From the NCBI GenBank assembly GCA_036005845.1, contig DASYQD010000124.1:25024-89023 (forward strand): 64,000 nt of DNA, given 5' to 3'. The DNA comes from Thermoanaerobaculia bacterium (GTDB lineage Bacteria; Acidobacteriota; Thermoanaerobaculia; Multivoradales; JAIOJS01). The notes beneath the pieces were generated by a model. The model did not search any database. It was not told the origin of the DNA and saw only the letters and a list, made by a program, of their open reading frames with translations. Both the position numbers and the translations under genes were made by a program. Position 1 is the first letter of the stretch. Each line of letters opens with the position of its first letter. This document shows, piece by piece, positions 21,797 through 30,278 of the stretch.

Positions 21797-23692
21797 ATGA
21801 CGCTGCCCGTGATCGCCGACGCCGAGAGCCAGGACGCACAGCAGCCCGCCGCCCTGCGGAGCAACCAGGAGCCGCTGCACGAAGTGGTCATCCGCTTCGC
21901 CGGCGACTCGGGCGACGGCATGCAGGTCACCGGCGGCCAGTTCACCTCGACGTCGGCCCTGGTCGGCAACGACCTCTCGACGCTGCCCGACTTCCCGGCC
22001 GAGATCCGCGCCCCCGCCGGCACCTTGCCCGGCGTCTCCGCCTTCCAGGTGCGTATCGCCGACTACGACATCCACACCCCGGGCGACCAACCGGACGTGC
22101 TGGTGGCGATGAACCCGGCGGCGCTCAAGGCCAACTTGCGGGACTTGAAGCCCAACGGCGTGGTGATCGTCAACACGGACGAGTTCGTGCCGCGCAATTT
22201 CAAAAAGGTGGGCATCGAGGTCAATCCGCTCGAGGACGGCACGCTCGACGGCTTCCGCGTCTTCAAGGTCGACATCGCAACGCTGACCAAGCGGGCGCTG
22301 GAGGACAGCGGGCTCGACGCGCGCTCGCAGGAGCGCTGCAAGAACTTCTTCGCCCTCGGCATGTGCTACTGGCTGTTCAGCCGGCCGCTGGAGTCGACGG
22401 TGGAGTGGCTGGAGAAACGCTTCGCCAGCAAGCCCGAGCTCGCCGCCGCCAACGTCAAGGTGATGAAGGCGGGCTACAACTACTGCGACATCACCGGCCT
22501 CTTCCAGGTGCGCTACGAGGTGGCGCCGGCGAAGCTCGAGCCCGGCACTTACCGCAACATGAACGGCAACCTGGCACTGGCGCTGGGCCTGGTGACGGCG
22601 AGCCGCAAGAGCGGGCTGCCGCTCTTTTTCGGCTCCTACCCGATCACGCCGGCGAGCGACATCCTCCACCACCTGGCGCCACTCAAGAGTTACGGGGTCA
22701 CCACCTTCCAGGCCGAGGACGAGATCGCCGCCGTCTGCTCGGCGATCGGCGCCTCGTTCGGCGGCGCGCTCGGCGTCACCTCGACGTCGGGGCCCGGGCT
22801 GGCGCTCAAGCAGGAGGCGATCAGTCTGGCAGTGATGGTGGAGTTGCCGCTGGTCATCTGCGACATCCAGCGCGCCGGCCCGTCGACGGGGATGCCGACG
22901 AAGACCGAGCAGGCCGACCTGCTGCAGGCGATGTTCGGCCGCCACGGCGAGTCGCCGTTGCCGATCGTGGCGCCCGCCTCGCCCGCCGACTGCTTCGACG
23001 CGGCGCTGGAGGCGTGCGCGGTGGCGACGCGCCACATGGTGCCGGTGATCCTGCTCTCCGACGGCTACCTCGCCAACGGCGCCGAGCCGTGGAAGCTGCC
23101 GGAGCTCGCCGAGCTGCCGGACCTCGCGGTCGAGTTCCGCACCGACCCGCAGGGCTTCACGCCCTACCTGCGTGACCCGCGCACGCTGGCGCGGCCATGG
23201 GCGATCCCCGGCACCCCAGGGCTAGAGCACCGCATCGGCGGCATCGAGAAGCAGGAAGGCACCGGCAACGTCAACTACGAGCCGCAGAACCACGAGCGCA
23301 TGGTGCACCTGCGGGCGGAGAAGGTGGCGCGCGTCGCGGACGAGCTGCCGCCGCTCGAGGTCGACGGCGATGCGGAGGGCGAGCTGCTGGTGGTGGGCTG
23401 GGGCAGCACCCGCGGCGCCATCATCGGCGGCGTCAACGCGGCGCGGAAGGCCGGGCTGCGCGTCTCGCGGGCGCACTTCCGCTGGCTCAACCCGCTGCCC
23501 AGCAACACCGGCGAGGTGCTGTCGCGCTTCGACAAGGTGCTGCTGCCGGAGATGAACCTCGGGCAGCTGGCGCTGCTGCTGCGCGCGCGTTTCCTCAAGG
23601 ACGTCATCAGCTACACCAAGGTGCAGGGGCGGCCGTTCTTCCGCCAGCAGGTGTTCGACAAGATCGTCGAGGTGCTTCGTGGCTCCAACTAG
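21797..23692 (+). CDS. korA: 2-oxoacid:ferredoxin oxidoreductase subunit alpha (KorA-type, fused gamma/alpha)
   Basis: OFOR alpha signatures (GDSGDGMQ, SYPITPASDILH, GWGSTRGAI). Start at ATG 21797 (MTLPVIAD...). Confidence 0.85.
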   Translation: MTLPVIADAESQDAQQPAALRSNQEPLHEVVIRFAGDSGDGMQVTGGQFTSTSALVGNDLSTLPDFPAEIRAPAGTLPGVSAFQVRIADYDIHTPGDQPDVLVAMNPAALKANLRDLKPNGVVIVNTDEFVPRNFKKVGIEVNPLEDGTLDGFRVFKVDIATLTKRALEDSGLDARSQERCKNFFALGMCYWLFSRPLESTVEWLEKRFASKPELAAANVKVMKAGYNYCDITGLFQVRYEVAPAKLEPGTYRNMNGNLALALGLVTASRKSGLPLFFGSYPITPASDILHHLAPLKSYGVTTFQAEDEIAAVCSAIGASFGGALGVTSTSGPGLALKQEAISLAVMVELPLVICDIQRAGPSTGMPTKTEQADLLQAMFGRHGESPLPIVAPASPADCFDAALEACAVATRHMVPVILLSDGYLANGAEPWKLPELAELPDLAVEFRTDPQGFTPYLRDPRTLARPWAIPGTPGLEHRIGGIEKQEGTGNVNYEPQNHERMVHLRAEKVARVADELPPLEVDGDAEGELLVVGWGSTRGAIIGGVNAARKAGLRVSRAHFRWLNPLPSNTGEVLSRFDKVLLPEMNLGQLALLLRARFLKDVISYTKVQGRPFFRQQVFDKIVEVLRGSN

Positions 23693-24743
23693 CGCGACGC
23701 TGACGAAGAAGGACTTCCAATCCGACCAGGAGGTCCGCTGGTGCCCTGGCTGCGGCGACTACGCCATCCTGTCGGCGGTGCAGGCCGTCTTCCCCGAGCT
23801 CGGCATCCCCAAGGAGCGCATGGTGATCGTCTCGGGGATCGGCTGCAGCAGCCGCTTCCCGTATTACATGAACGTCTACGGCTTCCACACCATCCACGGC
23901 CGCGCGCCGGCGATCGCCACCGGGCTCAAGACCTCGCGCCCCGACCTCGACGTCTGGGTGGTGACCGGCGACGGCGACGCGCTGTCGATCGGCGGCAACC
24001 ACCTGATCCACACCATCCGACGCAACGTCGGCTTGAAGATCCTGCTCTTCAACAACCGCATCTACGGCTTGACGAAGGGTCAGTACTCGCCGACCAGCGA
24101 GATGGGGAAGAAGACCAAGTCGACGCCCTACGGCTCGGTCGACTATCCCTTCAACCCGCTGTCGGTGGCGCTCGGCGCCGGCGCGACGTTCGTGGCGCGC
24201 AGCGTCGACGTCTTTCAGCAGCACCTCAAGCAGACGCTGAAGCGGGCCGCCGAGCACCAAGGCACCGCCTTCGTCGAGATCTACCAGAACTGCAACATCT
24301 TCAACGACGGCGCCTTCGAGAAGATGACCGAGAAGGAGACGCGCGAGGAGACGACGCTCTACCTCGAGCACGGCAAGCCGCTGGTCTACGGCGCCAAGAA
24401 GGACAAGGGCATCCGCCTCGACTCGCGCACGCTCAAGCTGGAGGTGGTGCCGATCGAGAACGGCGTGCTGCCCGACGATCTGGTGGTGTGGGACGAGACG
24501 CGCAGCGACCCGGCGATCGCCTTCATGCTGGCGCAGCTCGAGCCGCCGGCGTTCCCGACCCCGGTCGGCGTCTACCGCGCCGTCTCGCGGCCGACCTACG
24601 AGCAGCGCGTCATCGGCCAGATCCAGGCCCAGCTCGACACCAAGGGAACGGGCACGCTGGAGTCGCTGCTCTACTCGGGCGAGGTGTGGCGCGTCGAGAG
24701 CGACGGCAACATCGTTCGCCAGGGCACGGGGAGCCTGGAATGA
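23679..24743 (+). CDS. korB: 2-oxoacid:ferredoxin oxidoreductase subunit beta (TPP-binding, KorB-type)
   Basis: CPGCGDY Fe-S/TPP motif and GIGCSSRFPYY..GDGD TPP-binding fold. The GTG start overlaps the korA stop. Confidence 0.85.
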   Translation: MAPTSATLTKKDFQSDQEVRWCPGCGDYAILSAVQAVFPELGIPKERMVIVSGIGCSSRFPYYMNVYGFHTIHGRAPAIATGLKTSRPDLDVWVVTGDGDALSIGGNHLIHTIRRNVGLKILLFNNRIYGLTKGQYSPTSEMGKKTKSTPYGSVDYPFNPLSVALGAGATFVARSVDVFQQHLKQTLKRAAEHQGTAFVEIYQNCNIFNDGAFEKMTEKETREETTLYLEHGKPLVYGAKKDKGIRLDSRTLKLEVVPIENGVLPDDLVVWDETRSDPAIAFMLAQLEPPAFPTPVGVYRAVSRPTYEQRVIGQIQAQLDTKGTGTLESLLYSGEVWRVESDGNIVRQGTGSLE

Positions 24744-25048
24744 GCGCCGAAGCGAAGCCCGTCGAGGAGCTCGGCCCGGGCGACTTCCAAACGCTCGTCG
24801 GCCAGCGTTTCACCGTGGTGCTCAACGAGGGCGACTTCGGCCTCGAGCTCGTCAACGTGCGCGAGCTGCCGGCCCACTCGCGGCGCCAGGGGCAGCCCTT
24901 CGTGCTGCTGTTTCGCGGCCCGCAGCAACCGGTATTGCCGCAACGGACGTACACGCTGGCGCACGCCGAGCTCGGCCAGTTGGTGATCTTCCTCGTGCCG
25001 GTGCAGGGCGGTCCCGCCGGCATCGAGTACGAGGCCGTCTTCAACTGA
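24740..25048 (+). CDS. Small hypothetical protein (102 aa) translationally coupled to korB
   Basis: The ATG at 24740 overlaps the korB stop (ATGA). It lies in a different frame from korB, has no homolog that I recognise, and ends just before a strong hairpin terminator. Confidence 0.4.
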   Translation: MSAEAKPVEELGPGDFQTLVGQRFTVVLNEGDFGLELVNVRELPAHSRRQGQPFVLLFRGPQQPVLPQRTYTLAHAELGQLVIFLVPVQGGPAGIEYEAVFN

Positions 25049-25101
25049 GGGAACCCCACCCCAGAGAAGACTGTATTCGCCTGCCACCCCTCTCTCCCCA
25101 G

Positions 25102-25132
25102 CCCCTCTCTCCCCTCGCCGGGGAGAGAGGGG
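25102..25132. terminator. Perfect 13-bp stem / 5-nt loop hairpin between convergent genes (bidirectional terminator candidate)
   Basis: cccctctctcccc-tcgcc-ggggagagagggg as read in the sequence. It is preceded by a partial copy of the left arm (cccctctctcccca at ~25087-25100). Confidence 0.6.
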
Positions 25133-25152
25133 TCCAGAGAAAGAGAAGCGGA

Positions 25153-26628
25153 CTACGGCGGTGGGGCGGCAACGGCCATTGCGGGCCGCGGCGGCGGCAA
25201 GTCGATGCAGGGTGTGCTCGTCGGGTCGCCGAGCGGACGGTCGGCTTCGACGGCGGCGCGTGAGAGTCGATTGGTTGCCGCCAGCCGCTGCGTCAGATCG
25301 CCGGCGGACGCGGGCGTGTAGCCGCCGACCGCGAGAATGCCAGTGTCGCGCTGGCGTAGCGTCACCGCCGGCGCACCGCCGCCCGTCTCGGCGAAGCGGT
25401 TCTCGGCCAGCGTGACGCAGGCGCGCGCGGTGCCGTTGCTCTCGACGAGGAGCGCGGGGTAGGAGGCGCTGCCGGCGGCGGCGCCGGCCGCCAGGTCGTT
25501 GTCGCGCGCCGCGATGCCGAGGGCGGTCTGCGCGCCGGCGACGGCGTAGAGCGCTTCGGCGCGTTGGCCGGCGATGCGGTTGCCGGTCAGCGTCAGCGCC
25601 GCGTCGCCGGCGTCGCCGAGCAGCAGCACGACGCCGCGCGCGCTGCCGGCGCCGCCGACGACGTTGTCGTCGAGCTCGGCGCGCAGGTGGCCGCGGCCGT
25701 TGGCGGCGAGCAGGACCGCCGTCTCGCGCGCCGGCAGGTCGTTGCCGCGGGCGGCGATCTCCAGCGTTGCGTCGTCGCGCACGACGGCGGCGAGCGCGGC
25801 CGAGGTGCCGGCGGGAAGGTCGCCGACCAGACCGCTGCCCGCGAGCTCGAGGCGGAGCCGGCTCCGGCCTGCGGCGGCGAGCGCTACGCCGTTGCCGGCG
25901 ACGCCGTCGAGCACCGTCGACTCGGCGGCGACGGTCAGCGACGCGTCGCCGCCGGCGCGCACCGCGAGCCCGTCGTCGGTGGCGCCGCCGCCGAGCAGCG
26001 TCACGCCGTCGAGCTCGAGGCGTGCCTCGCCGCGCGCGCTCTCGACCGCGAGCGCGGGACCGCCGCCGGCGCGCAGGTCGGTCGACTCGACGTGCACGAG
26101 GCCGCGCGGGTCGCGCAGCCGCAACCCGCCGTCGACGTGGACGCCGGCGAGGTGCACATCGGCGAGGCCGTCGCCGGCGATGGCGTCACCGCCACCCGCG
26201 ATCGCCAGCCCCTCGACGCGCACGCCGTCGGCGAGCACCAGGACTGGTCCGCCGGCCGCGGCGAGCAGCGGACGGTCGCCGGCAGGCAGCGGTGTCTCGC
26301 CCTCGGCCTCGAAGCGCGCGCCGCTGCCGATCAGCCGCTGGAAAGGGCGTAGCCGGATGCCGGCGTCGAGCCCGCGCGAGGTGCCGTCGCCGCGGAAGAC
26401 GTAGAGGGTGTCGCCGGCGTCGGCGGCCCGCTCGGCACGGGCGAGGCGGTCGAAGGGCGCGACCATCGAGCCGTCGCCGTCGGGCGCCGCCGTGTTGTCG
26501 ACGTACCAGGTGCGCCCGGGGCGCGCGGGCTTGCCCTGGTCGATGGCGCGCGCCGGCGGGGCTGACGCCAGCGCGGCCGCGGCGAGCAGCGCGGCGGCGA
26601 CGGACCGGGGGAGAGGAGTGTTGCCCAT
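25153..26628 (-). CDS. Secreted right-handed parallel beta-helix repeat protein
   Basis: Signal peptide (MGNTPLPRSVAAALLAAAALASAPPARA), then many short Gly/Ala/Asp-rich beta-helix-like rungs (GDGLADVHLAGVHVDGG..., GNGVALAAAGRSRLRLELAGSG...). Confidence 0.55.
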   Translation of the reverse strand: MGNTPLPRSVAAALLAAAALASAPPARAIDQGKPARPGRTWYVDNTAAPDGDGSMVAPFDRLARAERAADAGDTLYVFRGDGTSRGLDAGIRLRPFQRLIGSGARFEAEGETPLPAGDRPLLAAAGGPVLVLADGVRVEGLAIAGGGDAIAGDGLADVHLAGVHVDGGLRLRDPRGLVHVESTDLRAGGGPALAVESARGEARLELDGVTLLGGGATDDGLAVRAGGDASLTVAAESTVLDGVAGNGVALAAAGRSRLRLELAGSGLVGDLPAGTSAALAAVVRDDATLEIAARGNDLPARETAVLLAANGRGHLRAELDDNVVGGAGSARGVVLLLGDAGDAALTLTGNRIAGQRAEALYAVAGAQTALGIAARDNDLAAGAAAGSASYPALLVESNGTARACVTLAENRFAETGGGAPAVTLRQRDTGILAVGGYTPASAGDLTQRLAATNRLSRAAVEADRPLGDPTSTPCIDLPPPRPAMAVAAPPP

Positions 26629-26794
26629 GCGTGCGAGGCAGGGCGACGTCCGTCGTCGCCGGCGAGAACGATCTGGTCGCGGTCGAGCGAGGCTATCAAA
26701 GCCTCGTGGCCGGCGAGGTGACGCCGGTCACGCCCTGGTGCGCCGCCGGCCCGCGGGTTCTCCACCGCGCGTCCGCTCGTCCAGGAGTGATCGC

Positions 26795-27079
26795 TCAGCG
26801 AGTCGCGAGCACCCGCTGCCAGCTCGGGTCGCGCTCGACGTACTCGGCGACGAACCAGCAGGAGGGCACCACTTTCAGCCCTTCCGACTCCGCCCACTCG
26901 AGCGCGCGCTTGACCACCCGCGCCGCGATGCCGCGCCCGCGCAGCGCCGGCGGGGTGTAGGTGCTGACGAAGTCGACCGTCCGCTCGTCGAGCCGGCGAT
27001 AGACGAGGTAGGAAGTCTGGCCATCGCGCTCGTGCGTGAAGCGCTGGCGGGCGGCGTCGTGGACGATCTCGGCTGCCAT
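26795..27079 (-). CDS. Small GNAT-like N-acetyltransferase (YjdJ-type, ~94 aa)
   Basis: Compact acetyl-CoA-binding core (RGRGIAARVVKRALEWAESEGLKVVPSCWFV) typical of the PF14542-like mini-GNATs. Confidence 0.65.
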   Translation of the reverse strand: MAAEIVHDAARQRFTHERDGQTSYLVYRRLDERTVDFVSTYTPPALRGRGIAARVVKRALEWAESEGLKVVPSCWFVAEYVERDPSWQRVLATR

Positions 27080-27115
27080 GCGGCACCTCCGAGAGGAGCT
27101 TAGCTCCCGCGCGCG

Positions 27116-27652
27116 TCAGCCGCTCGGCGCCGCGCCGCCGACCGGCCGCTCGAGCAGCAGGTAGACGCCCTTGTCCTCCCGGAGCGCAAAGCCGAGACGG
27201 GCGTAGAGCCGCAGCGCCGGGTTGAAGCGCTCGACGTGGATGCTCACCGGCTTGCCCGCCGCGTCGGCCTCCGCGAACACCGCCTGCAGCAGCGCGCCGC
27301 CGAGTCCCTTGCCGCGGTGCTCGGGCAGCAGGCTGATGTCGACGATGCGCACCTCGCGCGGCCAGCGGTCGACGTAGAGACGGCCGGCGGGCACGCCGGC
27401 GACTTCGACGACGTCGAAAGTGGCCGTCGTGTACTGCTCGCGGTACCACGCGTGCTGCGCCTCGAACTGCTGGCGCACGAAGGCCTCGCGCTGCTCGCGC
27501 GGCCACTCGACGCCGGCGAGCTCTTCCTCGCGCGAGCTGGCATACAGGCGCAGCAGGAAGGGCAGGTCGTCGTCGGTCACCGGCCGTAGGCTCAGCGGCG
27601 GCGGCACCATGCCGCCTCGAGGCTCCGCATGCTCGTCGGCCGGCGAGGTCAC
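27116..27652 (-). CDS. GNAT family N-acetyltransferase
   Basis: HRGKGLGGALL (Q/RxxGxG/A motif A) and the LYARLGF motif. Confidence 0.7.
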   Translation of the reverse strand: MTSPADEHAEPRGGMVPPPLSLRPVTDDDLPFLLRLYASSREEELAGVEWPREQREAFVRQQFEAQHAWYREQYTTATFDVVEVAGVPAGRLYVDRWPREVRIVDISLLPEHRGKGLGGALLQAVFAEADAAGKPVSIHVERFNPALRLYARLGFALREDKGVYLLLERPVGGAAPSG

Positions 27653-27662
27653 TACGCTGCGA

Positions 27663-28631
27663 TCACTCGCGCTCGACGGGCTCGAAGCTCACCATCAGCG
27701 ACAGCAGCTCGACCGGCCGCGTCTGCCCGGCCTTCGGCATCGGCAGCTCGCGCTCGCTCGACCAGGTGTCGGGCGCCAGGCCGAGCAGGTAGACGCCGCG
27801 CTGCAGCCGCGGACGGCCGGCGAACCAGTCGACGGTGAAGCTGGTACTGAAGCGGCCGCCGATCGGGCCGACCGACGGTGAGAGCAGCGACGACGGGCGC
27901 CGGGTGAACGGATTGTTCGGCGCCGGGGCCGCTTCGAGCAGGAAGTCGAGCGCTCCGTCGGCGCCCAGCGGCGCCACGAAGCGGATCGGCGCCGCCGGGT
28001 CGGGCGCCGGCCGGCTGTGGTAGCCCCAGGCGGTGAACGGCAGCGGCTGCCGCCGCCGCGCCGGCTCGTCCGATGGGAAGTAGACGGTGACGTAGGCGTT
28101 GCGCACCGAGGTCGGGTTCGGGATCGGGTAGAGGCCGTGGATGCGCACCTCCACCAGCTCGTTGGCGAGCTCCTGCTGGCCGGCGATGAGCGACGTCGCC
28201 GGCACCACCCGGGCCGGCTCCGGCGGCCGGCCCGCCTCGGAGCGGATGCCGCGGTTGAGCGCGGCCGCGGCGATACCGCGGTAGCGGCGCCAGGTCTCGC
28301 TGCCGTCGACGAAGCCGACGGACATCGGCCGCACCACGTCGGCCGCTCCGGTGAGCGCCTCCTGCGCCCGCGCCGGCCGCGCCAGTGCGGGAAGCAGCGC
28401 CGCGGCGCCGCCCCACGCCAGCAGATCGCGCCGGCGCAGACGAAGGAGCGCGCCGCCCGGCGAATCGCCGAGCGGCGCCCTCACGTCGATGCCGGTGAGC
28501 GCTCCGCTCGGGGTTGGCTCGCGCCGCGCGGGCTCTCCGCGCGGCGCCGGGCCCCCTCGCACATCACGGCTGCCGTCCCCCTCGCTGCCTTCGTCGTGCG
28601 CAGGCTGCCGCCGCTCGCTCCGTGCTGACAT
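27663..28631 (-). CDS. Tat-signal secreted protein of unknown function
   Basis: Twin-arginine motif LRRRDLLAWGGAAALLPALARPARAQE. The GTG at ~28484 gives a more typical signal length than the ORF-track start at 28631. No recognisable domain. Confidence 0.5.
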   Translation of the reverse strand: MSARSERRQPAHDEGSEGDGSRDVRGGPAPRGEPARREPTPSGALTGIDVRAPLGDSPGGALLRLRRRDLLAWGGAAALLPALARPARAQEALTGAADVVRPMSVGFVDGSETWRRYRGIAAAALNRGIRSEAGRPPEPARVVPATSLIAGQQELANELVEVRIHGLYPIPNPTSVRNAYVTVYFPSDEPARRRQPLPFTAWGYHSRPAPDPAAPIRFVAPLGADGALDFLLEAAPAPNNPFTRRPSSLLSPSVGPIGGRFSTSFTVDWFAGRPRLQRGVYLLGLAPDTWSSERELPMPKAGQTRPVELLSLMVSFEPVERE

Positions 28632-28670
28632 CAGATCCCATCTCCTCCCCCCGCTCGCCCCCAGGAAAAA

Positions 28671-29183
28671 TCAAGTCCGCGGCGGGTACACGCCTTGGAG
28701 TGCGATGCAGAAGTAGAAGGTGAGGTAAGGCTGCAGGTTGTTGTGCGGCTGGTCGCCCCCGGCGGGCGGCAGCGCATTGTCCGACATCGACACCAACCCG
28801 GTCAACGTGCTCTGGTAGGCGTTGACGTAACGCGCCAACGAGTTGCCCGCCGGGTTCGGATTGTCGCCCAAGGAAGTGGCGGCGCGCAGGGTGTGCGAAT
28901 GGGACGGGATCTCCGACTCCAACAGCGAGACGGTCTCCGAGCCGCCGGTCTCGCCGAGGTCGTGAAGCGACAGGCCGGGGCCCTGTCCGGGGTGCATCGG
29001 CGCGCGGCCCTGCAGGTCGGGCAGCGCGAAGTTCGACTTGCCGTTGCCTCCATAGGTGGTGCCCAGGAGCGAGAACAGCGCCGTGTTCTGCGACAGCGGC
29101 AGGAGCTGGCCGTCGCACCACGCCCACCCCTTGGGCGCGAAGTTGAACGGGAAGATGCGGATCTCGGCTACGAATGGATCCAT
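28671..29183 (-). CDS. Phage tail collar domain protein (MdpB/microcystin-dependent-protein-like), paralog 1
   Basis: FVAEIRIFPFNFAPKGWAWCDGQLLPLSQNTALFSLLGTTYGGNGKSNFALPDLQGRAPMH..GGSETVSLLESEIPSHSH matches the PF07484-type tail-collar consensus, judged from memory. Confidence 0.8.
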   Translation of the reverse strand: MDPFVAEIRIFPFNFAPKGWAWCDGQLLPLSQNTALFSLLGTTYGGNGKSNFALPDLQGRAPMHPGQGPGLSLHDLGETGGSETVSLLESEIPSHSHTLRAATSLGDNPNPAGNSLARYVNAYQSTLTGLVSMSDNALPPAGGDQPHNNLQPYLTFYFCIALQGVYPPRT

Positions 29184-29199
29184 GAGCTCTCCTCCGGAA

Positions 29200-29709
29200 T
29201 CATGTAGGCGACGGGAAGATCCCGAACAACGAGATGATGAAGTTCACGCACAGGTAGGGCTGGAAGTTGGTGTGCGGTTGGCTGCCACCCGTCGACGTGA
29301 TCGACTGCGCCGCCATGTTGGCGGTGGGCACGTCTTGCAGGTAGAAATCGACGTTGGCCGTGGTGCTCTTCGCCACCACGTTGCCGCCCGGATCCGGCAA
29401 CGTTCCGGCGTTGGCGCTTCCCAGCAGCGGGTGAGAGTGCGCCGCGATCTGGTTGACGGTGAGCGTGATCTCCTCCGCGCCGCCGGTCTCCGCCAGGATG
29501 AAGCCGTTGCCCTGGTGGATGGGGATCCTGCCGCGCAGGTCGGGTAGCGCGAAAGTGGATTGGCCGTCACCACCGTAGGTGGTGCCGATGAGGTTGAAGA
29601 GGGTCTCGTATTCCGAGATCGGCAGCAGCTGGCCTTCGCAGAACATCCACCCGGCGGGCGCGAAGTTGCCGGCGAACATGCGGATCTCGCCAACGTAGGG
29701 TTGTGCCAT
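29200..29709 (-). CDS. Phage tail collar domain protein, paralog 2
   Basis: YVGEIRMFAGNFAPAGWMFCEGQLLPISEYETLFNLIGTTYGGDGQSTFALPDLRGRIPIH. Only the C-terminal 169 codons of the 1387-aa ORF in the track are real. Upstream, the frame stays open across the giant gene. Confidence 0.8.
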   Translation of the reverse strand: MAQPYVGEIRMFAGNFAPAGWMFCEGQLLPISEYETLFNLIGTTYGGDGQSTFALPDLRGRIPIHQGNGFILAETGGAEEITLTVNQIAAHSHPLLGSANAGTLPDPGGNVVAKSTTANVDFYLQDVPTANMAAQSITSTGGSQPHTNFQPYLCVNFIISLFGIFPSPT

Positions 29710-29720
29710 TGGCGTCTCCT

Positions 29721-30224
29721 TTAAGTCGCGCTGGGGAAGATGCCCTGCAGGGCGATGCAGTAGCTGAGGGTCAGGAACGGCTGCATGTTCAGGTGGGCCT
29801 GGCTCCCGCCGGTGTTGGTCACCGACCCGGGGTTCAGCGCCACCAGACCGGTAGCGGTCTGGTAGACGTTGTTGACCGTGCGGGCGAGCACGCTCGGATT
29901 GTTCGGGATCGGCACGTTGCCGTCGGTGGGGGACGCCTGCAGCACGTGGGTGTGCTGTGGGAGCTCGGCGATCGACAGGGTGTGCGCCTGCTCGCCGCCG
30001 CGCTCGCCCAGGGTGTGGCCGCTGCCGACGTGGATCGGCACCCGGCCGCGGAGGTCCGGCAGGCCGAAGTTGACGCGGCCGTCGCCTCCGAAGGTGGTGC
30101 CCAGCAGCGAGAACAGGGCCTGGTTCTGGTTGATGGGCAGCAGCTGCCCGTTGCACAACGCCCACCCCTTGGGTGCGAACACAAAGGACATCAGACGGAC
30201 TTCCGAGAGAAACGGCTCTGCCAT
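29721..30224 (-). CDS. Phage tail collar domain protein, paralog 3
   Basis: FLSEVRLMSFVFAPKGWALCNGQLLPINQNQALFSLLGTTFGGDGRVNFGLPDLRGRVPIH..GGEQAHTLSIAELPQHTH. Confidence 0.8.
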   Translation of the reverse strand: MAEPFLSEVRLMSFVFAPKGWALCNGQLLPINQNQALFSLLGTTFGGDGRVNFGLPDLRGRVPIHVGSGHTLGERGGEQAHTLSIAELPQHTHVLQASPTDGNVPIPNNPSVLARTVNNVYQTATGLVALNPGSVTNTGGSQAHLNMQPFLTLSYCIALQGIFPSAT

Positions 30225-30278
30225 GTCCCCCCCTCTGGTTTAACCGGCGTCCACGGATATGAACATTGCCCGCCGCCG

